DNA of 27,303 nucleotides from a virus. Position 1 is the stretch's first letter, and the number at the start of each line of letters is the position of its first letter. The notes beneath the pieces were generated by a model, which was not told the origin of the DNA, did not search any database, and saw only the letters and a list, made by a program, of their open reading frames with translations. Below, piece after piece: positions 1 to 7,520 of this stretch. The stretch spans positions 1 through 27,303 of IMG/VR virus record IMGVR_UViG_3300025530_000004; one strand, given 5' to 3'. Position numbers and translations under genes: made by a program.

Positions 1-127
1 CAAGTCATCAAGGACGGCTTGAACACTTTTGAAAACCTTCAGGCTAACGACTCTATCCTCTCCATCGACGGGGTATATGTCTCTTTCCCAACCGACACCG
101 ACGACGCTCTGGGACATATATCAGATG
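1..127. repeat. Terminal overlap, identical to 27177-27303 (circular-contig closure; unit genome 27,176 bp)
   Basis: Compared base by base: caagtcatcaaggacggcttgaac...catatatcagatg is present at both ends. The length of 127 equals a common assembler k-mer. Confidence 0.9.
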
Positions 128-552
128 TGAGTTACACCGCCAGCCAGTCGGGAATCACTATCAACATCACTGCCGAACTCGAAGCTGATCTGGTGGTTAA
201 CATCTCTGTCGAGGGGAGAACTGTTGGTAAGACTACGGCTTCGGTTAAAAGCACTGTCAAATCTCGCGACCCTAAAGTGGCTAATGTCTTGCATATCGAG
301 AATCCTTTCATCCAAGTCGAGTCTACGGCGCAACAATATGCCGATGCTGTCGCTGACTATTTGTACAACATGGAACGACAAGTTGAGGTTACTGGACTCT
401 TTTCTCCAGTTTTAACTGTAGGTCAGTACATCACTGTCAGCACAGACGAGTCTCTTTTCAACGGGACTTATCTCATAACCGGGGTCAACCTCGTACACAG
501 TCCCGATGGGTATTATAACACTTTGACTATGATCAAGCTGAGGGGGTTATAA
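1..552 (+). CDS. Tail-associated / baseplate-hub-like protein, 3' part of the gene starting at 26355
   Basis: Same frame as 26355-27303 across the overlap. Stop TAA at 550-552. Confidence 0.6.
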   Translation, partial: QVIKDGLNTFENLQANDSILSIDGVYVSFPTDTDDALGHISDVSYTASQSGITINITAELEADLVVNISVEGRTVGKTTASVKSTVKSRDPKVANVLHIENPFIQVESTAQQYADAVADYLYNMERQVEVTGLFSPVLTVGQYITVSTDESLFNGTYLITGVNLVHSPDGYYNTLTMIKLRGL

Positions 553-554
553 AA

Positions 555-1268
555 GTGGCAGACCAAACAGTTCGCTTCGAGTCTACTTCTTTTGTACCTC
601 CTTTTGATGACTCTCGTTGGGTTTTCGTTGATGCCACAGTTACAGGGGGTATTCTTACCATCCTTCCGGGCGGGGTTGCAAGTATTGAGTTAGAAGAGGA
701 AGTCAATAAGGACTTCGCCTACATGCGGGTTTATAATGTTTTTTCGGGTGATGATTTATCCGAGGAAAATAACTATCGCAACAAGCCTACTGTTGTTTTC
801 AAGGAGTTGTATAAGGATAGTCTCAACGCTCCAATCCACATGATTTATCGTGCCATCGGGTTTAATACTTCCGTTCTTCACTCTCCGGGGATATATCGAG
901 ATGAAACTATTTTTAGGACTTTCAATCGTCCTATGCGTAAAATGATAGTGGAGATCAGAAATGAAACCGAAGAAAATCTTAATATACACGGATTTTTCGT
1001 TTTTAGTTCTATAGACGTGGCAGTATCGCAGGTTAATCAAGCTATCGCCAACATCACCGCAGGTCAACTTGTTGAGACTGTTCGCTTCCGTTGGGATAGC
1101 GGGGGTAATTATCTCGAGGGTTTTGACATCAAAATTCCTTCGGAGGATGCGTTCCTTACTCATACTTTTCAGTACTTTTCTGGTCGTCTCACTAATATCA
1201 ACACCAATTACGCTGGTTCTATAACTGTCCTCAACGAGTTCGCGGGTGGTTCTGAGGAAGAGGATTAA
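555..1268 (+). CDS. Hypothetical distal-tail/baseplate protein (237 aa)
   Basis: GTG 555 follows GAGGGGG (539-545). It abuts the previous stop and lies in the tail-tip module. No motif recognised. Confidence 0.7.
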   Translation: MADQTVRFESTSFVPPFDDSRWVFVDATVTGGILTILPGGVASIELEEEVNKDFAYMRVYNVFSGDDLSEENNYRNKPTVVFKELYKDSLNAPIHMIYRAIGFNTSVLHSPGIYRDETIFRTFNRPMRKMIVEIRNETEENLNIHGFFVFSSIDVAVSQVNQAIANITAGQLVETVRFRWDSGGNYLEGFDIKIPSEDAFLTHTFQYFSGRLTNINTNYAGSITVLNEFAGGSEEED

Positions 1269-1279
1269 GGAGGGGTAGT

Positions 1280-1402
1280 ATGCCAGCTAATATCAACAAT
1301 CAAACCTACAGTCAACAGCAAGCGATGCTCAGCTTCATCGCTGGTTTTATCGTTGGAAAATCAGCACAAACTCAACTCACCATCAAGAAGACTAAGAGCT
1401 AG
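1280..1402 (+). CDS. Small ORF (40 aa, MPANINNQTYSQQQAMLSFIAGFIVGKSAQTQLTIKKTKS), below the ORF-track cutoff
   Basis: ATG 1280 lies 6 nt after AAGGAGGGG (1267-1275). It fills the gap between two tail genes exactly, and its stop TAG 1400-1402 overlaps the RBS of the next gene. It has a short hydrophobic core. Confidence 0.45.
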   Translation: MPANINNQTYSQQQAMLSFIAGFIVGKSAQTQLTIKKTKS

Positions 1403-1413
1403 GAGGGATAAAT

Positions 1414-3294
1414 GTGGCAGACAGGACTTTGGTCGAGTTCCCTGACCTTTTTCTTGCGGGCTACCTTTTATCTCGCTTCTTGGGGTGGCAACAGGAGCCG
1501 GGAGGGGTCATTTCTTCCTCACCTCCTTTTGGTTTCGTTTGGGGTGTTAAAGCTGAGACAGGTAATGGGGGTGGCGTTCGCGGTGAGAACGGGAAACCAA
1601 TAGCCGAGGACGCTTTGGGGTATTTGGGGGAATCTGCGATATTTGGGAAGGGAGGTAGCGAATCTGCCGGGGGTTGGGGTTTCTTTAACGGTTCTTTTGG
1701 TTACGGCGGTAGTGTCTACACTGTTCAACCTTCCTGTGGCGGCGGAGGCGGTTGGTTTGGCGGGGGTTCCTCCTTCATGGGGGCAGGAGGAGGTGGCGGC
1801 TCCGGTTATGTCCTTACAGCCGACTCCTATCGCCCGGAGGGATATGAACCTCCTTCAGAGTTCGAAGCCCTGAGTTGGGCGTTAATGCCGGGGGTCAATT
1901 TCCGCAACGGTTTCTGTCTTATCACTGATCTGGCAACTTCGAACTTCTGGGTATTTGACTATACTGGGGAAGTTCAAAAGTTTGTAGTCCCCGAGGACGG
2001 GGTATATCGCATTGATTGTTTTGGAGCAGAGGGAGGGGGTAGTTACCCTAACTTTGAGGATATCAAGTCACAGTACTCTGGGGGTATGGGTGGTTACGCT
2101 GGTGGTGAGTTCTACTTTGAAAAGGACACTGAACTTTTCATTTATGTTGGACAGTTTGGGAATCTGAATCAAATGATCGATGCTTGGAACGGAGGGGGTC
2201 ACGGATCTGGCGGTTGTTACGGTGGCGGTGGTGCAACTGACGTACGCTGGTCGGGGGTCGAAGGAGCCGTTCTCTGGAATCAGAATCTCTATGACCGTTT
2301 TATCGTAGCAGGTGGTGGCGGGGGTCAACATCGTGATGTAAGTATTCCACTCCCGCCTACTTCTGGAACGACTCCACCACGTCCTCCCGGACCTCCGGGT
2401 GATGACGACTCAGGAGATTATGGTTACGGGTCTTACAAAGTTCGTTATCTCTTGGGGTATAACTCTCTTATCCACGTAGATTTCGTTTATCAAGCGGGAC
2501 TAAGTCCTTTTGACGGTGAGGTGCTAACTTTACATCTTTACGCGGATGATGAGCTTGTTGCAACTAAGTATGTTCCTTTGAAGAACGATTTGAACTCTGA
2601 ACGAGTCACTTTTGAGGCGTCTGACTTTATTCTTCCGGGTAGCTCACCACGTCTTTACGATCTTCGAGTCCAGTTTATTCCTCCTGATGACACGCCGTTT
2701 ATTATCGTTCCGAACACCATAAAGATCACCATCGAACAGCGTTTCGGACCGAACGATATTATACCTCCGGGTTCGGAAGAAGAACAGGGTCAGATCGCGT
2801 ATAATTTTTATCTTAGTCTGAAGGAACGTCTCACTTTTCGCGATAAGGTAAGAATCATTTTTGATGACGAGGGGGGAGACATCACTAAAACTTATGATGA
2901 TCTTTTTGTGCTTACTGATAGCACTACACATAAATTTTTTGACTTAGTGATACTGTCTCTGAAGGACAAGCTTAGGTTCGATGATAAGGCTAAAGTTTCT
3001 TTGCTTACTCACTTCAAGGTAACGGATGGGGACAAACTCGAGTTTCAGGACAGCGGAATCATTTATTTCGAGGGTGATGATCCACCCGATCCTTACTTCG
3101 ACAAGTCTTTTTTAGAACAACTTGGTCTTTCTGATAAGGTGGTTTTAGATTTAAGAGAACTAGGAACACGTGGCTTTTTCGAACTTTTCAATATCTCTGA
3201 TAAGGCGGTTTATGAAGCCTTTCCTTTCTTGCAGTTTTATGTAGAGGACAATCTGGCTTTTAAGGATAAGTTCACTTTCATACTTGAGGGGTAA
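1414..3294 (+). CDS. Glycine-rich tail fibre-like protein (626 aa)
   Basis: GTG 1414 follows AGGAGGG (1401-1407). There are two Gly-rich modules (GGGGGWFGGGSSFMGAGGGGGSGYVLT; VYRIDCFGAEGGGS...GGYAGGEFYF...YVGQFGN...WNGGGHGSGGCYGGGGATDVRW...IVAGGGGG) that resemble the glycine-rich domain seen in phage fibre proteins. A Pro-rich linker follows, then a C-terminal region with repeated h-x-h-x-DK-h-x-h motifs. Confidence 0.8.
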   Translation: MADRTLVEFPDLFLAGYLLSRFLGWQQEPGGVISSSPPFGFVWGVKAETGNGGGVRGENGKPIAEDALGYLGESAIFGKGGSESAGGWGFFNGSFGYGGSVYTVQPSCGGGGGWFGGGSSFMGAGGGGGSGYVLTADSYRPEGYEPPSEFEALSWALMPGVNFRNGFCLITDLATSNFWVFDYTGEVQKFVVPEDGVYRIDCFGAEGGGSYPNFEDIKSQYSGGMGGYAGGEFYFEKDTELFIYVGQFGNLNQMIDAWNGGGHGSGGCYGGGGATDVRWSGVEGAVLWNQNLYDRFIVAGGGGGQHRDVSIPLPPTSGTTPPRPPGPPGDDDSGDYGYGSYKVRYLLGYNSLIHVDFVYQAGLSPFDGEVLTLHLYADDELVATKYVPLKNDLNSERVTFEASDFILPGSSPRLYDLRVQFIPPDDTPFIIVPNTIKITIEQRFGPNDIIPPGSEEEQGQIAYNFYLSLKERLTFRDKVRIIFDDEGGDITKTYDDLFVLTDSTTHKFFDLVILSLKDKLRFDDKAKVSLLTHFKVTDGDKLEFQDSGIIYFEGDDPPDPYFDKSFLEQLGLSDKVVLDLRELGTRGFFELFNISDKAVYEAFPFLQFYVEDNLAFKDKFTFILEG

Positions 3295-3308
3295 AGGAGG
3301 AGTATCCA

Positions 3309-4895
3309 GTGTCGAAAGGAAAGTCTAAAGGTCAAGTACGTATCATTGGGAGGCTTAAGGACTACATGGGTAAGTCCAATAGGTCTTTGCGTGTTCACAG
3401 AAAAAACGATCTTCATCTTCGCGGGCGCATAGCTATCAGTCTTTTTGACGGAACTACAGGGGAACTTGTTAAGCGCGTCGAGTCTAAGAACACCATCACC
3501 CTTTTGGGTCGCGCGGTGTACGAAGCTCTCGCACCGGGAATTTTTCTGCAGTCACTTTCCCTCTCCGACAAGAACAAGATGTATGTCGACTCGACGGGGT
3601 TTACCGCCGTTGGAAGTCAGAATAATGATTCCAGCACGGGGGTAGCACTTTATCTTTTGGATGATGACACCCCGCTTTCTCCTGACTCTCTTGTTCTTCC
3701 GGTATACGGTAGTAACGGTTTGATTGATAATGATAAAATCATCGGTTACGGAACTATCAGTGCCAATGCGGAATCTTCTGATCCGAAAGAGGGTCTTTCC
3801 GAACCTACCCTCGGAGAAGAGCTTCTCAATCCCCTGTCTCAGGGGGTAGCTTTCCGCTTTAAGGAAGGTAAAGCCGTCGGAACCTTCAACAAGGTCGTGA
3901 TTGGTTCTAAGATCGATCCGACGCAACCAGCGAGAGGTTTCGGGGTTTGGAAGGGTATTTCCTCTACCAACTGGGTTTATCCGGGTTACACGGTTCCAGA
4001 TGCTCGTTTCATGCGTCCGGGGGTTCCGAATTATACCGAAGCTGACGAGATTTTGTTTATCAATGAGTCTAACAGTGACTTAAACGTAGGTGCGAGGGCT
4101 GTTCTTAATCTCACGACGGGGGTAATAACGGGTCTCTCCACTTCAGACCCTCGCTATGACGCACCTTTGTCGGCTCCTGATGTCCCTCAAGTCGTATACG
4201 GGACTGATCTTTATTTCTTCAGACAAACTGCTTCAAACCAAGGTTATATTTCTCGTCTTGATACAACTACAGGAACAGTTACGGATATTTCGTCAGCCTT
4301 GAACCTTAATAACGCGAAAACTTTATTTGCCATTGATAACATCTTGTACTACTATCCGGGTTCTGGTAATAACTTGGCTACTTACAACATGGCAACAAAG
4401 ACGGCTGGTTCTAACAAAAATATGGCTTCTCAAAGTTACCCAACAGAGCTTTTCCGTGCTACAACTTTCGGGGGTGTTGCAAGTGGTTGTTCTTTCGGGA
4501 AACTTCCTGACGGAAATTTCATTATAGCTCTCCATTATCTAGATAGTAGTGCTTCAGGGCCTCGAGGAGGGGCATATGTCTTTTCCGATCTTGATGACAT
4601 CGCTGGTTCTTTTGTGCGTTGGATACCGAGATTAAACTCTGCGTCTGTATATCAAGTATCTGGTCAGAACTTTGTTTTCGGTAACAGAGTCAATCGTGCT
4701 ATGTTGTCAAATTGGAGTTCGGATGTTTTGACTTCACCTCCTAACCTTGCTCAACTTTCTTTGAAGTTCTCTCCAATGTTGTTCGGTAACATGTTTCACT
4801 TCATCGAACTTGAGGAGCCTGTGGAGAAGAATAACGATCAAGTCATGGTCGTCCAATTCTCGGTCACGCAAGATGCTTCCGAACCAACATCTTAA
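3309..4895 (+). CDS. Putative tail fibre / receptor-binding protein (528 aa)
   Basis: GTG 3309 lies 8 nt after AAAGGAGG (3293-3300). It is the last large gene of the tail module, before a terminator. The function is positional only. Confidence 0.65.
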   Translation: MSKGKSKGQVRIIGRLKDYMGKSNRSLRVHRKNDLHLRGRIAISLFDGTTGELVKRVESKNTITLLGRAVYEALAPGIFLQSLSLSDKNKMYVDSTGFTAVGSQNNDSSTGVALYLLDDDTPLSPDSLVLPVYGSNGLIDNDKIIGYGTISANAESSDPKEGLSEPTLGEELLNPLSQGVAFRFKEGKAVGTFNKVVIGSKIDPTQPARGFGVWKGISSTNWVYPGYTVPDARFMRPGVPNYTEADEILFINESNSDLNVGARAVLNLTTGVITGLSTSDPRYDAPLSAPDVPQVVYGTDLYFFRQTASNQGYISRLDTTTGTVTDISSALNLNNAKTLFAIDNILYYYPGSGNNLATYNMATKTAGSNKNMASQSYPTELFRATTFGGVASGCSFGKLPDGNFIIALHYLDSSASGPRGGAYVFSDLDDIAGSFVRWIPRLNSASVYQVSGQNFVFGNRVNRAMLSNWSSDVLTSPPNLAQLSLKFSPMLFGNMFHFIELEEPVEKNNDQVMVVQFSVTQDASEPTS

Positions 4896-5000
4896 GAATA
4901 ATTTTTCAGAGAAGGCGTTACTTTTCAGACTGCAAATCAGAGGTAAAGTCCTTATATAGTGAAGGCGGTCACAGTCGTAGCCTTCCATCATCCATTGTCG

Positions 5001-5032
5001 GGTCGAGAGGAATAACTCTCGACCTCCCTTTT
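5001..5032 (+). terminator. Rho-independent-type hairpin (9-bp stem GGTCGAGAG/CTCTCGACC, loop GAATAA) followed by TCCCTTTT
   Basis: Inverted repeat 5001-5009 / 5016-5024 read directly. The T-tract is interrupted, and the RBS of the next gene starts 3 nt later. Confidence 0.55.
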
Positions 5033-5047
5033 GAGGAGGTATCAACC

Positions 5048-5629
5048 TTGGAAGAACAAACCAACCAGCAAGTTGACACCATCACAACAGAAAATCAGCA
5101 ACCTGATACCATCGAAACAGAAACCAAGAAACCTAAGTCCTCTCGCCGCAAGCTCGCCAACAAAGTCGAAGTCGTCTCCCCGCGCCAACAATATCTCGCG
5201 GATCAACTGAAACTTCCGGTCGAAAAGGTTTCCGTCTACCACTACGTCATCGGCGCTCATCGGGAGGAAAAGTGCGCGATCCGTACTTACATGTCTCTCC
5301 GCAACGAGCAGTTCCTCAACGGTCGCGAAGCTGACTTTGGGGTAGTCATCCAACCCTATCTCAAGCGCCCGAACGAGTCCGACGCTTTCATCCTGCCACC
5401 GTTTTATGTATCGTCCTATGAGGAACGTTTCTTCGCCTTACGTCACGGGGGTTACTGTTTTGCGCTTTTGGACATGAAGAACTTCACCAAGCAACAGCGT
5501 GAAGAACTCATCACCGACCCATCACATCGCTCTGGGGTATCGGACACGTATCAGTATGCTATTCCGAAGTTGTTCTTCGAGTACATCGAGTGGCTCACGC
5601 GCATCTTGTACAGCCAGCATTTCGTCTAA
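5048..5629 (+). CDS. Hypothetical protein (193 aa), terminator-flanked ORFan between the tail and lysis modules
   Basis: TTG 5048 lies 8 nt after GAGGAGG (5033-5039). The N-terminus is Q/T/E-rich. No family recognised. Confidence 0.7.
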   Translation: MEEQTNQQVDTITTENQQPDTIETETKKPKSSRRKLANKVEVVSPRQQYLADQLKLPVEKVSVYHYVIGAHREEKCAIRTYMSLRNEQFLNGREADFGVVIQPYLKRPNESDAFILPPFYVSSYEERFFALRHGGYCFALLDMKNFTKQQREELITDPSHRSGVSDTYQYAIPKLFFEYIEWLTRILYSQHFV

Positions 5630-5632
5630 TGA

Positions 5633-5669
5633 AGAAGTGAGGTTCCCCAACCTCACTTCTTTTCTTTTT
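5633..5669 (+). terminator. Strong rho-independent terminator
   Basis: 12-bp perfect stem AGAAGTGAGGTT / AACCTCACTTCT (5633-5644 / 5649-5660), loop CCCC, then TTTCTTTTT. Confidence 0.85.
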
Positions 5670-5736
5670 CCCAACCTAAGCATACAAACACCTACTAGCA
5701 TTTATATTCGTAAACAACTAAAAGGAGGTTATAACT

Positions 5737-6024
5737 TTGGATTGGCAACAAATTTTCGAACTCATTGATCCGAGCTTTATCCTTGTCGTCGCGGCTTGTT
5801 GGGTTATCGGTTTCACGCTCAAGCGTACTCCGCGTATCCCGGACTGGACTATCGTGTACATCGTTACTGTCGTCGCGATCATCTTCGCTTCTTTGTTGGA
5901 GGGATTCTCGGTATCCTCGGTGCTTCAGGGGGTATTGTGCGGTGCTTTTGCGGTTTACGGTAACCAACTGCTCAAGCAGACTACGGAGGGTTTCTCCAAG
6001 CAGTCTGACTCTCAAGAGGGCTGA
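5737..6024 (+). CDS. Holin (95 aa, three predicted TM helices, charged C-terminus)
   Basis: TTG 5737 follows AAGGAGG (5722-5728). Hydrophobic stretches: FILVVAACWVIGF, IVYIVTVVAIIFASLL, VLQGVLCGAFAVY. It lies directly upstream of the endolysin. Confidence 0.8.
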   Translation: MDWQQIFELIDPSFILVVAACWVIGFTLKRTPRIPDWTIVYIVTVVAIIFASLLEGFSVSSVLQGVLCGAFAVYGNQLLKQTTEGFSKQSDSQEG

Positions 6025-6038
6025 AGGGGGTAATCCAC

Positions 6039-7031
6039 GTGGCTACGGTCATCTTTCCTACCTCTCAAGGCATTGATCTCGCCGGACGTGTTACTCCTGC
6101 CCTCATCCAAGAGCTGAAGGATCGCGGTTGGACAGGCGGCGTCTTGCGCTATTTAGGGCGAAGTACCCCTACCGAAGCCGCACGTCAAAGCCTTCCTCCT
6201 GACGAACTGAAACGTCTTGAAGCGGCTGGGCTTACTGCGGGTTGGAAGCACCTCACGGAATCTGAAGTTCGGCTTCTCTCCAAAGCCCAGATCCCTATTG
6301 GTTCGATCTATCAGCGCGGGACTGGTGACGTTTTTGAAGGGGAGAAAGCCGCTCGGGAGTACGCCCTTGATGCGCTTGCCCGCGCCAAATTCTTCGGTCA
6401 ACCTGAAGGTTCCGCGATCTATTTCACCTGTGACTCCGACATCAACGCTTATGCCCAAGCCCGCAAAATCTCCCTTCGAGATGCTTGCAACGTTGTTTCG
6501 GAGTTTCTGAAGGTGGTTCATTCTGTTTTTGCGGGTCGGTATAAAGTCGGTCTTTACGCGCAGTACGATGTCATCGAAACTTTGCGTCACCACAAGCACA
6601 TCGAGTGTTTCTTCCAGACTCGCTCTTGGTCGAAACGTAAAATCTCTACCGCCGCAAACATCTACCAGCACTCGCACGATGTAAAGCTCGCTGGTTCGAC
6701 TGTTGATCTGTGCGACTTTTACGGTGACGAAGGCTTCTGGCTCCCACCTGTTGGGGGTAATCAATCCACACCGCAAGGGGGTAATCCGGCTATGGAAGAA
6801 AAAATTAAACAACTTGAACAGCAGGTCGCTTCTTTGAAAGAGCAAGTCTCCCGTCTCCAAGCACAGCTCTCTCCGAAGGAACCTCCTTCTTGGGCGGAAG
6901 AGGCGCTTTCTTGGGCGAAGGAGGAAGCTCAGGTTCTTCACGACGAAAAGGGCGACGAGACCTTCCATCGTCTCATCACTGTCCTCCATCGTCTCCACGA
7001 GAAGGGGTATATCTCACCTCGTTTTTACTGA
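6039..7031 (+). CDS. Endolysin: N-terminal glycoside-hydrolase-like domain (Rv2525c/DUF1906-type, GH25-related) plus a C-terminal coiled-coil/WA-repeat region
   Basis: GTG 6039 follows GGGGGTAAT. The motif pattern GSAIYFTCDSD, YKVGLYAQY, FQTRSWS, STVDLCDF matches my memory of the DUF1906 lysin domain. The C-terminus carries MEEKIKQLEQQVASLKEQVSRLQAQL and SWAEEALSWAKEE. Confidence 0.75.
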   Translation: MATVIFPTSQGIDLAGRVTPALIQELKDRGWTGGVLRYLGRSTPTEAARQSLPPDELKRLEAAGLTAGWKHLTESEVRLLSKAQIPIGSIYQRGTGDVFEGEKAAREYALDALARAKFFGQPEGSAIYFTCDSDINAYAQARKISLRDACNVVSEFLKVVHSVFAGRYKVGLYAQYDVIETLRHHKHIECFFQTRSWSKRKISTAANIYQHSHDVKLAGSTVDLCDFYGDEGFWLPPVGGNQSTPQGGNPAMEEKIKQLEQQVASLKEQVSRLQAQLSPKEPPSWAEEALSWAKEEAQVLHDEKGDETFHRLITVLHRLHEKGYISPRFY

Positions 7032-7045
7032 TCCCGGACTGCTCT

Positions 7046-7078
7046 GAAAGCCGACCTTAAGCCGTCGGCTTTCTTTTT
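7046..7078 (+). terminator. Rho-independent terminator after the endolysin
   Basis: 10-bp stem GAAAGCCGAC / GTCGGCTTTC (7046-7055 / 7064-7073), 8-nt loop, then TTTTT. Confidence 0.85.
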
Positions 7079-7099
7079 ACCTGAAAGGAGGGAGCCCTC

Positions 7100-7444
7100 G
7101 TGTCAATCTTCGATCAAGTCAAGGATTTAACGGTCGGTGAAGTCACTGTCGCCCTTGTCGCCGTTATCACGTTCATCACGACTATCCTTACCGCCAAGGA
7201 GAAGGCGGGTTTTGGTCGAACTAGAAAGAGAATCGAAGAATTGGAACAGCAACTCAAAGACCTCGAACGTGCTATTTTGAGGTTAGAGACCAGCACTAAG
7301 GAAGTCGATTTGCGTTTGTCGCGGGTTGATACTCTAACGCTTAGAGCTTTGGATGCGCTTCTTCAGGGTGACGAGGAAGCAAAAAGGCGGGTGCGGGGTA
7401 GTCTCGTCGAGGAGCTTTCTAAAATTTTGCATAGGAGCGAATAA
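7100..7444 (+). CDS. Membrane-anchored coiled-coil protein (114 aa); possible lysis accessory factor
   Basis: GTG 7100 follows GAAAGGAGGG. There is an N-terminal TM segment (VTVALVAVITFITTILTA) followed by heptad-like EELEQQLKDLERAILRLE. The function is inferred only from architecture and position. Confidence 0.65.
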   Translation: MSIFDQVKDLTVGEVTVALVAVITFITTILTAKEKAGFGRTRKRIEELEQQLKDLERAILRLETSTKEVDLRLSRVDTLTLRALDALLQGDEEAKRRVRGSLVEELSKILHRSE

Positions 7445-7520
7445 ATTTTAGAGTCTCGCTTCCTTTTCGGACTATTATATAGACTAGAATCGCTTATATG
7501 ATAAATGGAGGTGGGTCTAA

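Noticed and set aside
1-127. Interpreting the 127-bp end duplication as a biological direct terminal repeat
   Set aside because: A tail gene reads through the junction, the length equals a standard assembler k-mer, and no packaging signal is apparent. I cannot fully exclude it without read data.
1412-1603. ATG-initiated 63-aa ORF sharing the RBS of the fibre gene
   Set aside because: The overlapping GTG 1414 opens a 626-aa frame with clear protein features. The ATG frame terminates after 63 codons of low-quality sequence.
4896-5047. Searched the intergenic spacers (4896-5047, 5630-5736, 7926-8080, 8543-8758, 12663-12804, 21797-21933) for tRNA or other structured RNA genes
   Set aside because: There is no cloverleaf-compatible arrangement or T-loop (GTTCGAATC-like) signature. 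The hairpins present are better explained as terminators or leader structures.
7445-7485. Possible terminator after 7100-7444 (AGCGA...TCGCT followed by TCCTTTT)
   Set aside because: The stem is only 5 bp plus a wobble, the loop is 14 nt, and the T-tract is short and interrupted. This is too weak to call.
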